Of a DNA stretch of 60,938 bases, positions 28,404 to 37,932 are shown piece after piece. Source of the DNA: Acidimicrobiales bacterium (GTDB lineage Bacteria; Actinomycetota; Acidimicrobiia; Acidimicrobiales; GCA-2861595); contig JBKJNA010000215.1 of the NCBI GenBank assembly GCA_046596195.1, forward strand, positions 1 through 60,938. Direction: 5' to 3'. The notes below the pieces were generated by a model that was given only the letters and a program-made list of their open reading frames with translations, was not told the origin of the DNA and ran no database searches. Each line of letters opens with the position of its first letter. Position 1 is the first letter of the stretch. The translations under genes and the position numbers were made by a program.

Positions 28404-29504
28404 CTACTTGGTCGTGTCCTTGTCGTGGAGGATGGCGTTGAAGTAGCTCACGCAGTCGCCCTGGTTCTTGAAGCTCGGGCTCGAGTAGGTCTTGTACTGG
28501 CCGTTCTTGCAGGCGTCCTTGGTGGCCGGCCCCGGCGGGACGACCGGCGCAGCCGTGCCCCAGTCCGGCCGGACGTCGGCCCCGCTGGAGTTGGTGAGGT
28601 TCACCTGGTTGGCGCCGGTTGCCGCGTCCATCCTCCACAGGTCCTGGTCGCTGTTGCGGTTGGCGTCCCACACGATGTACTGCCCGTCGGGCGAGAACGC
28701 GCCGAAGGAGTCGAACTCCGGGCTGTTGGTGATGTTCACCGGGTTGGTGCCGTCGGCGTTCATGGTGAAGATGTCGAACTGGCCGAACGTCGTCCCGTCG
28801 GGCAGCGCGTTGTTCCACACGATCTTCTGGCAGTCGGGCGACCAACCGGGGGCGCTGTCGAGCAGCGTGTCGTTGGTGAGGCGCGTCAGGTTCGTGCCGG
28901 TCACGGAGATGGTGTAGATCTCGAAACCATTCGCGCCCAGCGCCACGTTGTCCATGTTGGAGTTGAACACGATCGTGCCTGCCGTGGAGGTCCCACAGAC
29001 GTAGGGGGCGGAGCCCGAACCGGCGCCGGTGAGGTTCACCGGGCTGGTGCCGTCGGCGTTCATGATCCACACGTCGCCGGCGGCGGAGAAGACGATCTTG
29101 AGCCCGTCGGAGGTGAAGCTCGGGCCATTGGTGCCGCCGGTGAAGGTAATCTGGACCTGCCCGGTGCCGTCGGCGTTCATCACCCAGACGTTGCCGGCCC
29201 TCACGAAGACGATCTTCGACCCGTCAGGCGACCAGGCCGGATCCGTCTCGCCCAGCGTCGGCGTGTTGGTCAAGTTGGTCTGCGCCGTGCCGTCGGGGTT
29301 CATGACGTAGATCTCGCCGTTGCCGTCGCGGGTGCTGGCAAAGGCGATGAGCCCGTTGGGCCCCGGTACGACGGCCTCTGCCGGCCCCGTCAGCATCGCC
29401 GCCGATACGGCAAGCGAAGCCCCTCCGACGAAGAGACGCTTCGCGAGCCCGCTCGTCGCGCGCGTTGAAGTCGCGCGCGTTGAAGCTGTGGAGTGGTCGG
29501 TCAA
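28404..29504 (-). CDS. Secreted TolB-like PD40 beta-propeller with a C-terminal Cys-pair motif
   Basis: P.WSPDG.KI.F...EIY.MN.DGT repeats; C-terminal CKNG...FKNQGDCVSYF. Confidence 0.85.
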   Translation of the reverse strand: MTDHSTASTRATSTRATSGLAKRLFVGGASLAVSAAMLTGPAEAVVPGPNGLIAFASTRDGNGEIYVMNPDGTAQTNLTNTPTLGETDPAWSPDGSKIVFVRAGNVWVMNADGTGQVQITFTGGTNGPSFTSDGLKIVFSAAGDVWIMNADGTSPVNLTGAGSGSAPYVCGTSTAGTIVFNSNMDNVALGANGFEIYTISVTGTNLTRLTNDTLLDSAPGWSPDCQKIVWNNALPDGTTFGQFDIFTMNADGTNPVNITNSPEFDSFGAFSPDGQYIVWDANRNSDQDLWRMDAATGANQVNLTNSSGADVRPDWGTAAPVVPPGPATKDACKNGQYKTYSSPSFKNQGDCVSYFNAILHDKDTTK

Positions 29505-29762
29505 GGTCTCGCTCCCCCATTGCCATTATCCGTCGGGCGAAGGTCGCCCACATGACTCGGCCCACCATTCGGACCGCCTAGCGAACGTAGCGAGGCGCCG
29601 CCCATGATGCAATGCATGCAGTTCGCACCTACCGCCGAGGACAGACCCCGCAAGGGTTCATGCGAATCCAGGCGAATCCAGGCGAATTGGCTTGACTGGC
29701 ACAGAGAGGCGCGCAACACTCCAAGTGGTTTGCCGAACCGGCGCACCCCGTTGGCGAACTCA

Positions 29763-29811
29763 TGAAGAACCGGCCGCCGGTTAAGTCCCTTTCCCGGCGG
29801 CCGGTTCTTCA
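29763..29811 (-). terminator. Intrinsic terminator-like hairpin
   Basis: Perfect 18-bp inverted repeat TGAAGAACCGGCCGCCGG / CCGGCGGCCGGTTCTTCA with a 13-nt loop, 2 bp after the SBP stop. Confidence 0.75.
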
Positions 29812-29813
29812 GA

Positions 29814-31550
29814 TCAACGCCGCCGCCGCCGTCGGCCCTCGCGTCGCCCGCTTGCCAACGCGACGAGTGCGAGCAGCATGGCCGTAGCCACCGCGCCAAC
29901 CGCGATGCGGCCGGCGAGCGACCTCTTCTCGCCGCCGGCCTCGGCCTCGGCCTCGGGGGCACCGGTACCCGGCGGTCCAGGTGCCGGCGCCACCTTTCTC
30001 GCCACGAACGAGCGCTTGTCGAGGATGCCGGACCCTTTGACGAAGGTCCAGCCGTCATAGACGGCGGGGCGGTAGGCGAATGCGCCACCCGCGAAGTACA
30101 GCGGGACGACGGGGACGTCGGCCGCCAGCAGCGCCAGGGCCTCGGCCACGGCCGCCTTTCGGGCCGCCGGTTCGGTGGTCGTGGCCACCCGGCGGGCCAC
30201 CTCGTCGAAGGCGGGGCTGCGATAACCGGAGAAGTTCAACGGCGCGGTCGCCGTGTCCGAGCCGAAGAGCCGTCCCAGGAACGTGGGGTCGTAGGAAGCA
30301 AGGGGCGGGCTGGTCCACACGGCGACCTGGAACGACGGGGGCGAGCCGTCCTCGCCGACGGCGTGCCCCAGCTCGTCCCGTGTCACCAGCTTCAGCTCAG
30401 CAGTGGCGCCGGCGTCCAAAAGCGCCTGGACCACGCGTCGGCCGGCCTCCGCCTTCGCCGGGTCGTTGCTCGGAGCCAGGAGGGTGATCGGGACGCCGGT
30501 CGTCCGTAGCACCGGTCGGGCTGCGCCGGGCTCGAACGAGTGAAGCGGCTCGGCTGACGCGAAAGGCGACTGCGGGTGCAGGTAACCGTGGTCCGCGGCC
30601 ACGGCATTGCCCACCGCCCTCGATATGCGGCCGAGGTCGATCGCCCCCGCGAAGGCCCGGCGGACGTCGACACTGTCGAACGGTGGTGAGCGGACGTTGA
30701 ACAGCACGACAGTCCCCAGGTACGAGGGGCCCTCGTCCACCCGGACCGAAAGGGTGTCGACCTGCTCCTTCAAGCCCTCCGGGAGGTTTACCGGGACCAT
30801 GTCGACCTGGCCACGCTGGAGGGCACGGACGGTCTCGTCGACGGCGGTGATGATGGGCACCTCGATGGTGGTCACCGCCGGCGGGCCGCGGAAGTACCCC
30901 GGTGCGGCTTCGAAGCGGTAGCGCTGCCCGGGGACGTGCTCGACGAGGCGGTAGGGCCCGCTCCCCACAGGGAGCCCATCAGGCGCCAACTTGGTTCTCG
31001 CCAGCACCTCCCAGAGGTGCTTCGGGATGATGGGGAGGTCGGCCAGAGGCTGGTCCATGAAGCCGGGCGCCGGTTGGCGGAGGGCGATGACAGCGGTGGT
31101 TGCGTCCGGCGTGTCCACCCGTTCCACCGCTGCCACCTCCCCGCTGAACCGGGGGTGGGGGTGGGCGGCGACGTAGGCGAAGGTGAACGCGACGTCGGCG
31201 GAGGTGACGGGGGCGCCGTCGTGCCATCGCGCTCCCTCGGCCAGGCGGACGGTGACCTTGCGGCCGTTGGGGCTCGTCTCCACCGACCGCGCCAGCCACG
31301 GCTGGGGAACGCCCTCGGCGTCGCGCCACAGGAGGGTGTCGTAGACCAGGGTCATCAGCGGGTACCCCAGCTCGAAGGTGTAGGGCGTGAGCGAGCCATC
31401 ATCCTGCGGGAAGGGCAGGCGCACGACCGCCACCGGCGCTGGCGCGCCACCGGGGGGCCCCGCGGGCTGGGAAGCCGCCGGTCCGTCGGGGCGCAGGGCG
31501 ACCACGCCAAGCGCGAGCGCGGCCAGGATGCGCCACCCCCGTCGTGTCAT
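29814..31550 (-). CDS. Family 5 (peptide/nickel) ABC substrate-binding protein with a C-terminal membrane anchor
   Basis: Motifs VYDTL, P.LA, RWHDGAPVTSADVAFTF and PVGSGPY; C-terminal hydrophobic helix followed by RRRRR. Start codon uncertain. Confidence 0.85.
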   Translation of the reverse strand: MTRRGWRILAALALGVVALRPDGPAASQPAGPPGGAPAPVAVVRLPFPQDDGSLTPYTFELGYPLMTLVYDTLLWRDAEGVPQPWLARSVETSPNGRKVTVRLAEGARWHDGAPVTSADVAFTFAYVAAHPHPRFSGEVAAVERVDTPDATTAVIALRQPAPGFMDQPLADLPIIPKHLWEVLARTKLAPDGLPVGSGPYRLVEHVPGQRYRFEAAPGYFRGPPAVTTIEVPIITAVDETVRALQRGQVDMVPVNLPEGLKEQVDTLSVRVDEGPSYLGTVVLFNVRSPPFDSVDVRRAFAGAIDLGRISRAVGNAVAADHGYLHPQSPFASAEPLHSFEPGAARPVLRTTGVPITLLAPSNDPAKAEAGRRVVQALLDAGATAELKLVTRDELGHAVGEDGSPPSFQVAVWTSPPLASYDPTFLGRLFGSDTATAPLNFSGYRSPAFDEVARRVATTTEPAARKAAVAEALALLAADVPVVPLYFAGGAFAYRPAVYDGWTFVKGSGILDKRSFVARKVAPAPGPPGTGAPEAEAEAGGEKRSLAGRIAVGAVATAMLLALVALASGRREGRRRRRR

Positions 31551-31636
31551 GGCCGGCGCCGCATCATGGCGGCCAGTCTCGCCCCGCTGCGACCGCATGT
31601 CAGGTCGGGCGGTGTCGGTGCTTCGCATGAAGCGAC

Positions 31637-31672
31637 TGGGGAGAGGGGGCCCGATCGGGCCCCCTCTCCCCA
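31637..31672. terminator. Perfect 36-bp palindrome (terminator-like)
   Basis: TGGGGAGAGGGGGCCCGA/TCGGGCCCCCTCTCCCCA, 22 bp downstream of the stop at 31695. Confidence 0.7.
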
Positions 31673-31694
31673 TTCCATCAGTCGCTACCTGCGC

Positions 31695-33779
31695 TCAGCA
31701 AGCCACCGCCGGGTCACGAAGGACATAGAGCCCCGAGTTGATGTCGGTGATGACCACCTTGCAGCCCGAGACGGCGACGCCGGTCACGTACGCCTTGGCC
31801 GGGATGGTGGCCGTGGGGTCCGCCGTGTCGGGCGGAACGAAGTGACCGACCTCGACCGGCGCCGCCGGGTTGGAGATGTCGAGGATGCGCACCCCGTCGG
31901 AGTTCCAGGCCACGTAGGCCCGGCTTCCGGCGGTGACCGCGTGGTGCACCGAGTACACACCCAGGTCGGGCGGGGGGAACACCTGCGACCTGGCCGTCGA
32001 GTACTGCCCGACCTGGGCGTGGCTGGCCAGGTCGGCGATGCGCAGGCCGCCCCATGCGCCGGGGCTGTCCACCATGGCTCCCGTGACCGCCGTGCCCAGG
32101 GTGCAGTTCCCGCTTCCGCCGGGGGACACCGAGGGGCACAGCGTGGTGCGGAGCCGCGTGGCGCCCGGCCGGTCGAGGGCGATCATGGGGATGTCGATGC
32201 CGACCGAGACGCCGTCGGGCCCGAAGGCGTTGTTGAAGAAGTTGGCGTCGACAGCCACGCCGATGGCGCCTGCCGCCTGGGCCCGCGTGGCCCGGGCGGC
32301 CAGCGAGCAGCCGGCTGCCGCGATCTGGCCGGTCTGGAATGCCGTCCTGCCCCGATCGACTACGGCGATCTTGCCGGCGACGCTGAACGGCGCATTGGTG
32401 GCCGGGTCGGTGAGGTAGGCGTCGGCCGGGCAGCCGCGCCCGACGTACACCAGGTCGGCGTTGGCCAGCCCGGCCGCATCGGCCGGCACCTGGGCGCCGG
32501 CCCTGCGGTAGACCTGGGCGGTGTTCTCGGGGTCGAAGAGGGTGAACGGCGCCTCACAGGCCACGATGGACGACCCTGCGGCGAGCCCCTGCGGCGAAGT
32601 GCCGGATGGGCTGCCGCCCACGGTGGCGATGCGCAGCGAGCTGTCGGGCGCATTCCAGTCCTGGTCGGAGAACAGTGCCAGGCTCTCGCCGGGCCCGCCC
32701 ACGGTGGCGAAGCTGGCGTTGCCCTCGGTGCGGCGGTCGGCCACGGGGTAGGGATCGACCGAGCCGGCCAGCGTGGCCGCCGGGCCGGTCGAGAACACTG
32801 GCGGGCCGGCGGGCAGGGCCACGTTCAGGTCGAGCAGGCCGTCGTCCATGTCGGCCGCCACCGCCTTGGTGCCGCCGGCGTACAGCTCGGCGCTCATGAT
32901 GCCGGTGAACGGCCGGCAGCCGTTGTTGGAGAAGCCGGCAGCCGGCGGCTGGGCGTTGGGCGGGTTGTAGTCCCCGACCTGCACCGGGTTGGTGGGATCA
33001 GTCACGTCGACGATGCGCAGGTCGCCCGATGTGAACCGGGAGGCGGTGGCGAACGGCTCGGTGGAGATGGACAGCACCCGCCCGTCGCCGCGCTGCACGA
33101 GCGACACCGCGTCCTGCGACGAGGCGCAGGCGTCGGGCCCCTTGTTCGGGTCGGACTCGCTGGGCGGGGTCTCGTCGCACTTCTTGTGCTCGGGGTTGAA
33201 CTGCTCGAGGTCGGCCTGGTAGCGACCGAGGAACCGCGGCAGGCTCGGCTTGGTGATGTCGTAGTACGCGACGCCGCGGGCCACGGCCTCGAAGCCGTTG
33301 TTTTTCAACGTGGTGAGGCCGCACCGTGCCAGGGCGACGGCCAGGAGGTCGCCGGTGAAGGTCGGCGTGGTGACATGGATGGCCGCCACGTCACGGGCCG
33401 TGATGCCCTGCTCGACCTGGATCTGCCCGACCCTGGCCGGGGCAGCGGGATTGCTGATGTCCACGAGCTGGATGCGGGGGGTGGCGCAGGGGTACGGGTT
33501 GTAGAAGTGGCTCCGGAGCCCGCCCGCCGGCTGGATGCCGGTGGCCACGACGGCCGTGTTCCCCACGATGGCGACCTCGCCGTTCAGGCCCTTGCCCCCG
33601 AGGTCGGTCTGGCCCAGCAGCGCCAGGTCGGTGCTCGTCGCAGGGTCGGGCGCGTGCGCCCGCACCGGGGCGATGGACGGGGCCGAAACAAGGCCCATCG
33701 TCACCAGCACGGCGCCGCCCAAGAGGCGTCGGCGCCTGCCCCTGGCTTCGGTATGGACGGTCCCTGGACGCGATCTCAT
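31695..33779 (-). CDS. Secreted LVIVD-repeat protein with an inserted PA domain
   Basis: LVDISNPAAP, LRIVDVTDP and VRILDISNP repeats; PA motif GKIAVVDRG...AQAAGAIGV. Confidence 0.8.
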   Translation of the reverse strand: MRSRPGTVHTEARGRRRRLLGGAVLVTMGLVSAPSIAPVRAHAPDPATSTDLALLGQTDLGGKGLNGEVAIVGNTAVVATGIQPAGGLRSHFYNPYPCATPRIQLVDISNPAAPARVGQIQVEQGITARDVAAIHVTTPTFTGDLLAVALARCGLTTLKNNGFEAVARGVAYYDITKPSLPRFLGRYQADLEQFNPEHKKCDETPPSESDPNKGPDACASSQDAVSLVQRGDGRVLSISTEPFATASRFTSGDLRIVDVTDPTNPVQVGDYNPPNAQPPAAGFSNNGCRPFTGIMSAELYAGGTKAVAADMDDGLLDLNVALPAGPPVFSTGPAATLAGSVDPYPVADRRTEGNASFATVGGPGESLALFSDQDWNAPDSSLRIATVGGSPSGTSPQGLAAGSSIVACEAPFTLFDPENTAQVYRRAGAQVPADAAGLANADLVYVGRGCPADAYLTDPATNAPFSVAGKIAVVDRGRTAFQTGQIAAAGCSLAARATRAQAAGAIGVAVDANFFNNAFGPDGVSVGIDIPMIALDRPGATRLRTTLCPSVSPGGSGNCTLGTAVTGAMVDSPGAWGGLRIADLASHAQVGQYSTARSQVFPPPDLGVYSVHHAVTAGSRAYVAWNSDGVRILDISNPAAPVEVGHFVPPDTADPTATIPAKAYVTGVAVSGCKVVITDINSGLYVLRDPAVAC

Positions 33780-34133
33780 AGCAGTTCTCCCATCGTCGGC
33801 TTCACGGTTGTGGGCGCGCCGACTACCGGCACCCCGCGGTATATGTTCCGGACACGCACTGCCACGAACACCGTGGATATGCTGTCGTCCCCCGTTCGCC
33901 CCGATACACGCGGGCGCAGTGGAAGATAGCGGGAGTCACCTCGGACTACAACGTTAATCGGTACTTATTTCTGGAGGAGCGAACTACTGAGATTTCAGGG
34001 CTTCTCGTGAGCACGACGGAGGTTGGCGTACCACCGCCTACCGCCACCTTTTTGGGGCGCCCCGGCGAAGGCAGCGCCCCGGAAGGTGGGGTGGTGGTGG
34101 AAGCGGGCCAGGGGGATCATCTTCCCGAGGAGG

Positions 34134-35165
34134 CTAATCCTGGCCGCGTGGCCGCCAGTCGCAGATCCCGTCGAAGCCCGGCGCGTTGGTGAGCCGCCGC
34201 ACCTCACCGCCATCGGCGTTCATCACGTAGACCTCCGGATTGGCCGGATCGTCACGGTTGCTGGTGAACGACAGCAGGGTGCCGTCGGGCGACCACGAGG
34301 CGAAGGTGTCCCTGGCCAGGCTGTCGGTGATGCGGGTCTGGCCGGTGCCGTCGGCGTTCATCACGTAGATCTCGAAGTTGCCGTCTCGGTTGCTGTGGAA
34401 GGCGATCTTGCTGCCGTCGGGCGACCAGGACGGCCCCGCGTCGATGCCGGGCACATTGGTGACACGGGTCAGGCCGGTGCCGTCGGGGTTGATCACGTAG
34501 ATCTCGGTCTCCGGCGGGTGGTTGGGAACGGCCACATCCTGGTCCCGGTTGCTGTTGAAGGCGATCCTGCTGCCGTCGGGCGACCAGTCGGGAAGCGCGT
34601 CCTGGGCCGGATGGTTGGTGAGCCGGACCGGGTCGGTGCCGTCGGCGTCCATCACGTAGACCTCGGTGTTGCCATCGCGGTTGCTGGTGAAGCCGAGGCG
34701 AGCGGAATCGGGAGACCAGGTCGGGAACAGCTCGCCGCCGGTGGCGAAGTTCGACACGTTGGTCAGGGTGTCGGCAACCAGGTCCTTGACGTAGATCTCG
34801 AAGTTGCCGTCGCGATTGGTGTGGAAGGCGAACCTGTTGCCGTCGGCCGTGAACGCAGGCCCCTGGTCGGTCGCCGGGCTGCGAGTGAGGTTGATCTGCG
34901 GGTTCCCCTTGAGGCTCAGCAGGTAGATCTCGGCGAAGCTGGGGTCTCGGGCGCTCTGGCAGGCCACCCACATGTTGTCGCCCGGGAAGGTGGCGAGGGC
35001 CGGTGCCACGGCGCGCACCCCGGGGAGCAAGGCCAAGAGGACGACCACGGCGAACCCTGCGCCAGTCCTCCTGCCCGCCCGAACCCGCCCCCACGTTCGC
35101 CGTGGTCCGCGCCCGGCAACAGTCGATCGTGAGCTACCTCGGGCCACCTGCAAGTGAAGCGACAT
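34134..35165 (-). CDS. Secreted TolB-like PD40 beta-propeller
   Basis: ATG after AGGAGG; repeated WSPDG.RIAF.SNRDG..EIYVM.ADG. Confidence 0.88.
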   Translation of the reverse strand: MSLHLQVARGSSRSTVAGRGPRRTWGRVRAGRRTGAGFAVVVLLALLPGVRAVAPALATFPGDNMWVACQSARDPSFAEIYLLSLKGNPQINLTRSPATDQGPAFTADGNRFAFHTNRDGNFEIYVKDLVADTLTNVSNFATGGELFPTWSPDSARLGFTSNRDGNTEVYVMDADGTDPVRLTNHPAQDALPDWSPDGSRIAFNSNRDQDVAVPNHPPETEIYVINPDGTGLTRVTNVPGIDAGPSWSPDGSKIAFHSNRDGNFEIYVMNADGTGQTRITDSLARDTFASWSPDGTLLSFTSNRDDPANPEVYVMNADGGEVRRLTNAPGFDGICDWRPRGQD

Positions 35166-35353
35166 GTTCGTTCCTCCTGTCAGTCGAGTACGACGCGCAC
35201 CCCTGCCGTCAGCCGACGAAACCAGCTGATCTGATCGACCACGCTTTCTAATCGCCATGTCAGGCATCGTCAACGAATGACCGGGCCGGGCCGGTGATCG
35301 CCCGGTCAGGTCGGGCGGTGGCGGCTCCCCACGGGGAGCCCGGCCTACATGCC

Positions 35354-36601
35354 TCAGCCGCCGCCCGGTTTCTTCTCCGGTGCCGGAGCCGCTCCCGCCT
35401 CGGTGGCCCCCGCCCGGGCCCAACCCCTTCTCTTCACGACCACCGAGGTGACGAGGGTGTCGGCGAACGTCTGGCGCTTGGGGTCCCACGTCGGCCGCAG
35501 CCAGCCGGCGAAGGCGGGGAGGGTGTCGAGGACGTGGAGCACCTGACGGGCGATCGACCGCCATGGGCCCACCGGTTCTCCGTCGCGCTCGCGCACGAGG
35601 CAGATCCCGACTCCGCGCTTACCCCGCGTCTGGCCGGTATGGCCCTGCTCCACGAGCGAGCGTACGACGAGGACGACTGCGGCAACCAGGCCCAGGGCGG
35701 CGAACGCAGTCGCCGCCCCCTGGTACTGGAACACGCTCTGGAAGAACAGGCCCGTAGCCGCCGCAAGGCTCACCACGGCCAAGGGGATGGCGGCGTCCAC
35801 GAGGGAAGCCCGCGCCCGGGCTGACCACGGGGCGAGGGCCGCCCCCGACCAGATGGCCTGGCGCACCGCCGCCTGCGGGGCCCCGCCTTTCCCGGCGAAG
35901 GCGGCGCCGCGATAGTCGGGGTCGTGGCGGAAGCGGGCCTGCTCGAGTCTGGCCTCGCCGAGGAAGGTGACGTCAGGGAAGAGGGCATGGCAGTCGAAGG
36001 CGGCGCCGTCGAAGGTGGTGTCCCCCTTGAACGTTGCCCCGTCGAAGTGCGCGTCAGTGGCGAAGGCGGCCCGGCCGAACCAGGCCAGGTTGGCGAACTC
36101 CGCCTGCATGAACGAAGCCGGCCCCTCGAACCTGGCGCCCCCGAACCACGCCTGGCCGGCGAACGCTGCACCCTCGAAGCTCGCCCGGCCTGCGAGCGAT
36201 ACCCGGGCGAAGCGGACGTTGCCATCGAAGCGGGTCCCCTCGAAGGCGGCATCGCCCTCGAAGCGGGCGCGGTCGAAGGAGGTTTCCTTTGCGAAAACCA
36301 CCCCGGCGAAGCCGGTGCCAGGGGCGAACGTAGCGCGGTCGAAGCGGGCCCTGGTGAGGATCGGCCTACCGGCACCGTCGCACGGCGTGGCGTCGAAGAT
36401 CTGGCCGAGCAGGCCGGCGTCGACGTGCACGCCCCGGGCGTCGAGCGGCCTGCCGCGTGCGAGCGCGCCCATCGCCGACGCCCGCTCCGTGTCGTCCAGG
36501 TGGGCGAGGCAGGCGCCGGCGGCGGTGCGCACCCCGGTGCACCCCGGTTCACGACACCGCTCCCAGGGAACCTCGGAGGCCTCGACCTCGGTCACCGTCA
36601 C
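35354..36601 (-). CDS. Pentapeptide-repeat plus RDD-domain membrane protein
   Basis: A.F.GA.F.G repeats, then RARASLVD...GQTRGKR..GI...KRQTFAD of the RDD type. Start overlaps the upstream stop (GTGA). Confidence 0.8.
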   Translation of the reverse strand: MTVTEVEASEVPWERCREPGCTGVRTAAGACLAHLDDTERASAMGALARGRPLDARGVHVDAGLLGQIFDATPCDGAGRPILTRARFDRATFAPGTGFAGVVFAKETSFDRARFEGDAAFEGTRFDGNVRFARVSLAGRASFEGAAFAGQAWFGGARFEGPASFMQAEFANLAWFGRAAFATDAHFDGATFKGDTTFDGAAFDCHALFPDVTFLGEARLEQARFRHDPDYRGAAFAGKGGAPQAAVRQAIWSGAALAPWSARARASLVDAAIPLAVVSLAAATGLFFQSVFQYQGAATAFAALGLVAAVVLVVRSLVEQGHTGQTRGKRGVGICLVRERDGEPVGPWRSIARQVLHVLDTLPAFAGWLRPTWDPKRQTFADTLVTSVVVKRRGWARAGATEAGAAPAPEKKPGGG

Positions 36602-37866
36602 GGAGCAGGCGCCGCCTTCCGGATGTACTCGCGGGTGAAGCCTTCCAGATCCTCGACCCCGATCCGGTAGTAGCGGCGCAGGAGCCGTTCGTCAAGGCGC
36701 GACCGGACAGTACCAACCTGCCCTGAGCAGAGCAGGGTGGGCTCGGGGAGGTTCTTGAAGTTCTGGTAGAAGTCGAAGAACTTCTCGGACCCGCCCTTCT
36801 CGACGAGATAGAGAGCAGCGGCGTAGGCGAAGGCGTAGTCGAGGGGGGGTTCGTTGGGGTTCAACCGCAGACCGGCGAGCTCGTCCGCGGCGACGATCGC
36901 CCGCCACTCGGCGCTTCGAACGGCGTGCTCCTCGGCCAGGAGCATGGCCCCCCCTTCTGCCACCCAGCCGTTCGTGCACGGCCGGGTGAAGCGGGACAGG
37001 GCGAGGTGGGCAAGCTCGTGGCGGAAGACCTCGTCGGGCTGGACGGGCCTCAGGCTCTGCTCGAGCTTGACCTCGCCCACCTCGGACAACGCCTGGAGAT
37101 TGGCCATCGCCAGACGCTCCTCCGGGCGGGCCGGGTGGCCAGCCGTCACGATGAACGGGTGACGAGCGAGTGCCACGCTGCCCTCGTCCCCGTAGTTGTC
37201 CATGTACTCCTTGCGGTCCGTGGCGAGGACGAGGAGAAGACGGTCGTCGGGCGTGAGGGTCAGCCGGGGTCGAAGCTCGGCGTAGGCCTTCTCGGCCTGA
37301 TCGGTGATCTCGGCCACGCTGGAGACGCCAGGACGGGCCATGACCAGGAAGTGGGGCGAGCGGGTGATCTCGACGGGCCCGAACGGCCAGAGCGGGGGGG
37401 GTGGCGGCGCGTCAGGGGGGAGAATGAACTGGGACTTCGTGACCACCCAGCCTTCCTGGCGTCGCTCGATGTCGTACAGGAACCGCAGGCGGAACGGGTT
37501 GTCGGCGGGCAGCTCTTTGAACGAGTACTGCATCGTGACGCTGGCGTTGCGGAAGCTGCTGCCGTCGTCGGAGATGGTGGCCTCTCCCACGGTGAGGTCG
37601 ATCTTGGAGAGGGGAAGGGTCACCGCCACCCGGGCGATCGGCTCCTCGAAAGCCCGGGCCTCGGGGCTGAGGGCGGCCAGGTAACCCTCCACGTCACCGG
37701 CCAGCAGGCGCTTCGCCCGCTCCCGAAGCATGAGCTGCACGGGCCGGCGGGGGTTGGCGACCAGGCCCTGTCCCTCGGCGTCGGTGACGGCCTGCGTGTC
37801 GCCCTGGCATGCAGCCAGGGTCGTGGCCGCCGCCAGGAACAACGCCAGCCACCGGACTCGGCCCAC
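36598..37866 (-). CDS. Lipoprotein with an HExxH (peptidase MA-like) domain
   Basis: Lipobox LAAC; FRHELAH...WVAEGGA. GTG at 37866 chosen because the longer ORF overlaps the FtsH-like gene. Confidence 0.75.
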   Translation of the reverse strand: MGRVRWLALFLAAATTLAACQGDTQAVTDAEGQGLVANPRRPVQLMLRERAKRLLAGDVEGYLAALSPEARAFEEPIARVAVTLPLSKIDLTVGEATISDDGSSFRNASVTMQYSFKELPADNPFRLRFLYDIERRQEGWVVTKSQFILPPDAPPPPPLWPFGPVEITRSPHFLVMARPGVSSVAEITDQAEKAYAELRPRLTLTPDDRLLLVLATDRKEYMDNYGDEGSVALARHPFIVTAGHPARPEERLAMANLQALSEVGEVKLEQSLRPVQPDEVFRHELAHLALSRFTRPCTNGWVAEGGAMLLAEEHAVRSAEWRAIVAADELAGLRLNPNEPPLDYAFAYAAALYLVEKGGSEKFFDFYQNFKNLPEPTLLCSGQVGTVRSRLDERLLRRYYRIGVEDLEGFTREYIRKAAPAP

Positions 37867-37932
37867 CGAGCTTAATGTAGGCGACGGCGCGCCCCGGCGT
37901 CTTGCTACCCTCGACCCGACCAGGGGGACGCT

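Noticed and set aside
30936-33929. Long antisense ORFs (also 13413-15359, 48902-52402, 52390-56067 and the 37867-39009 extension)
   Set aside because: These are stop-poor shadow frames typical of high-GC DNA, opposite well-supported genes and without recognisable motifs.
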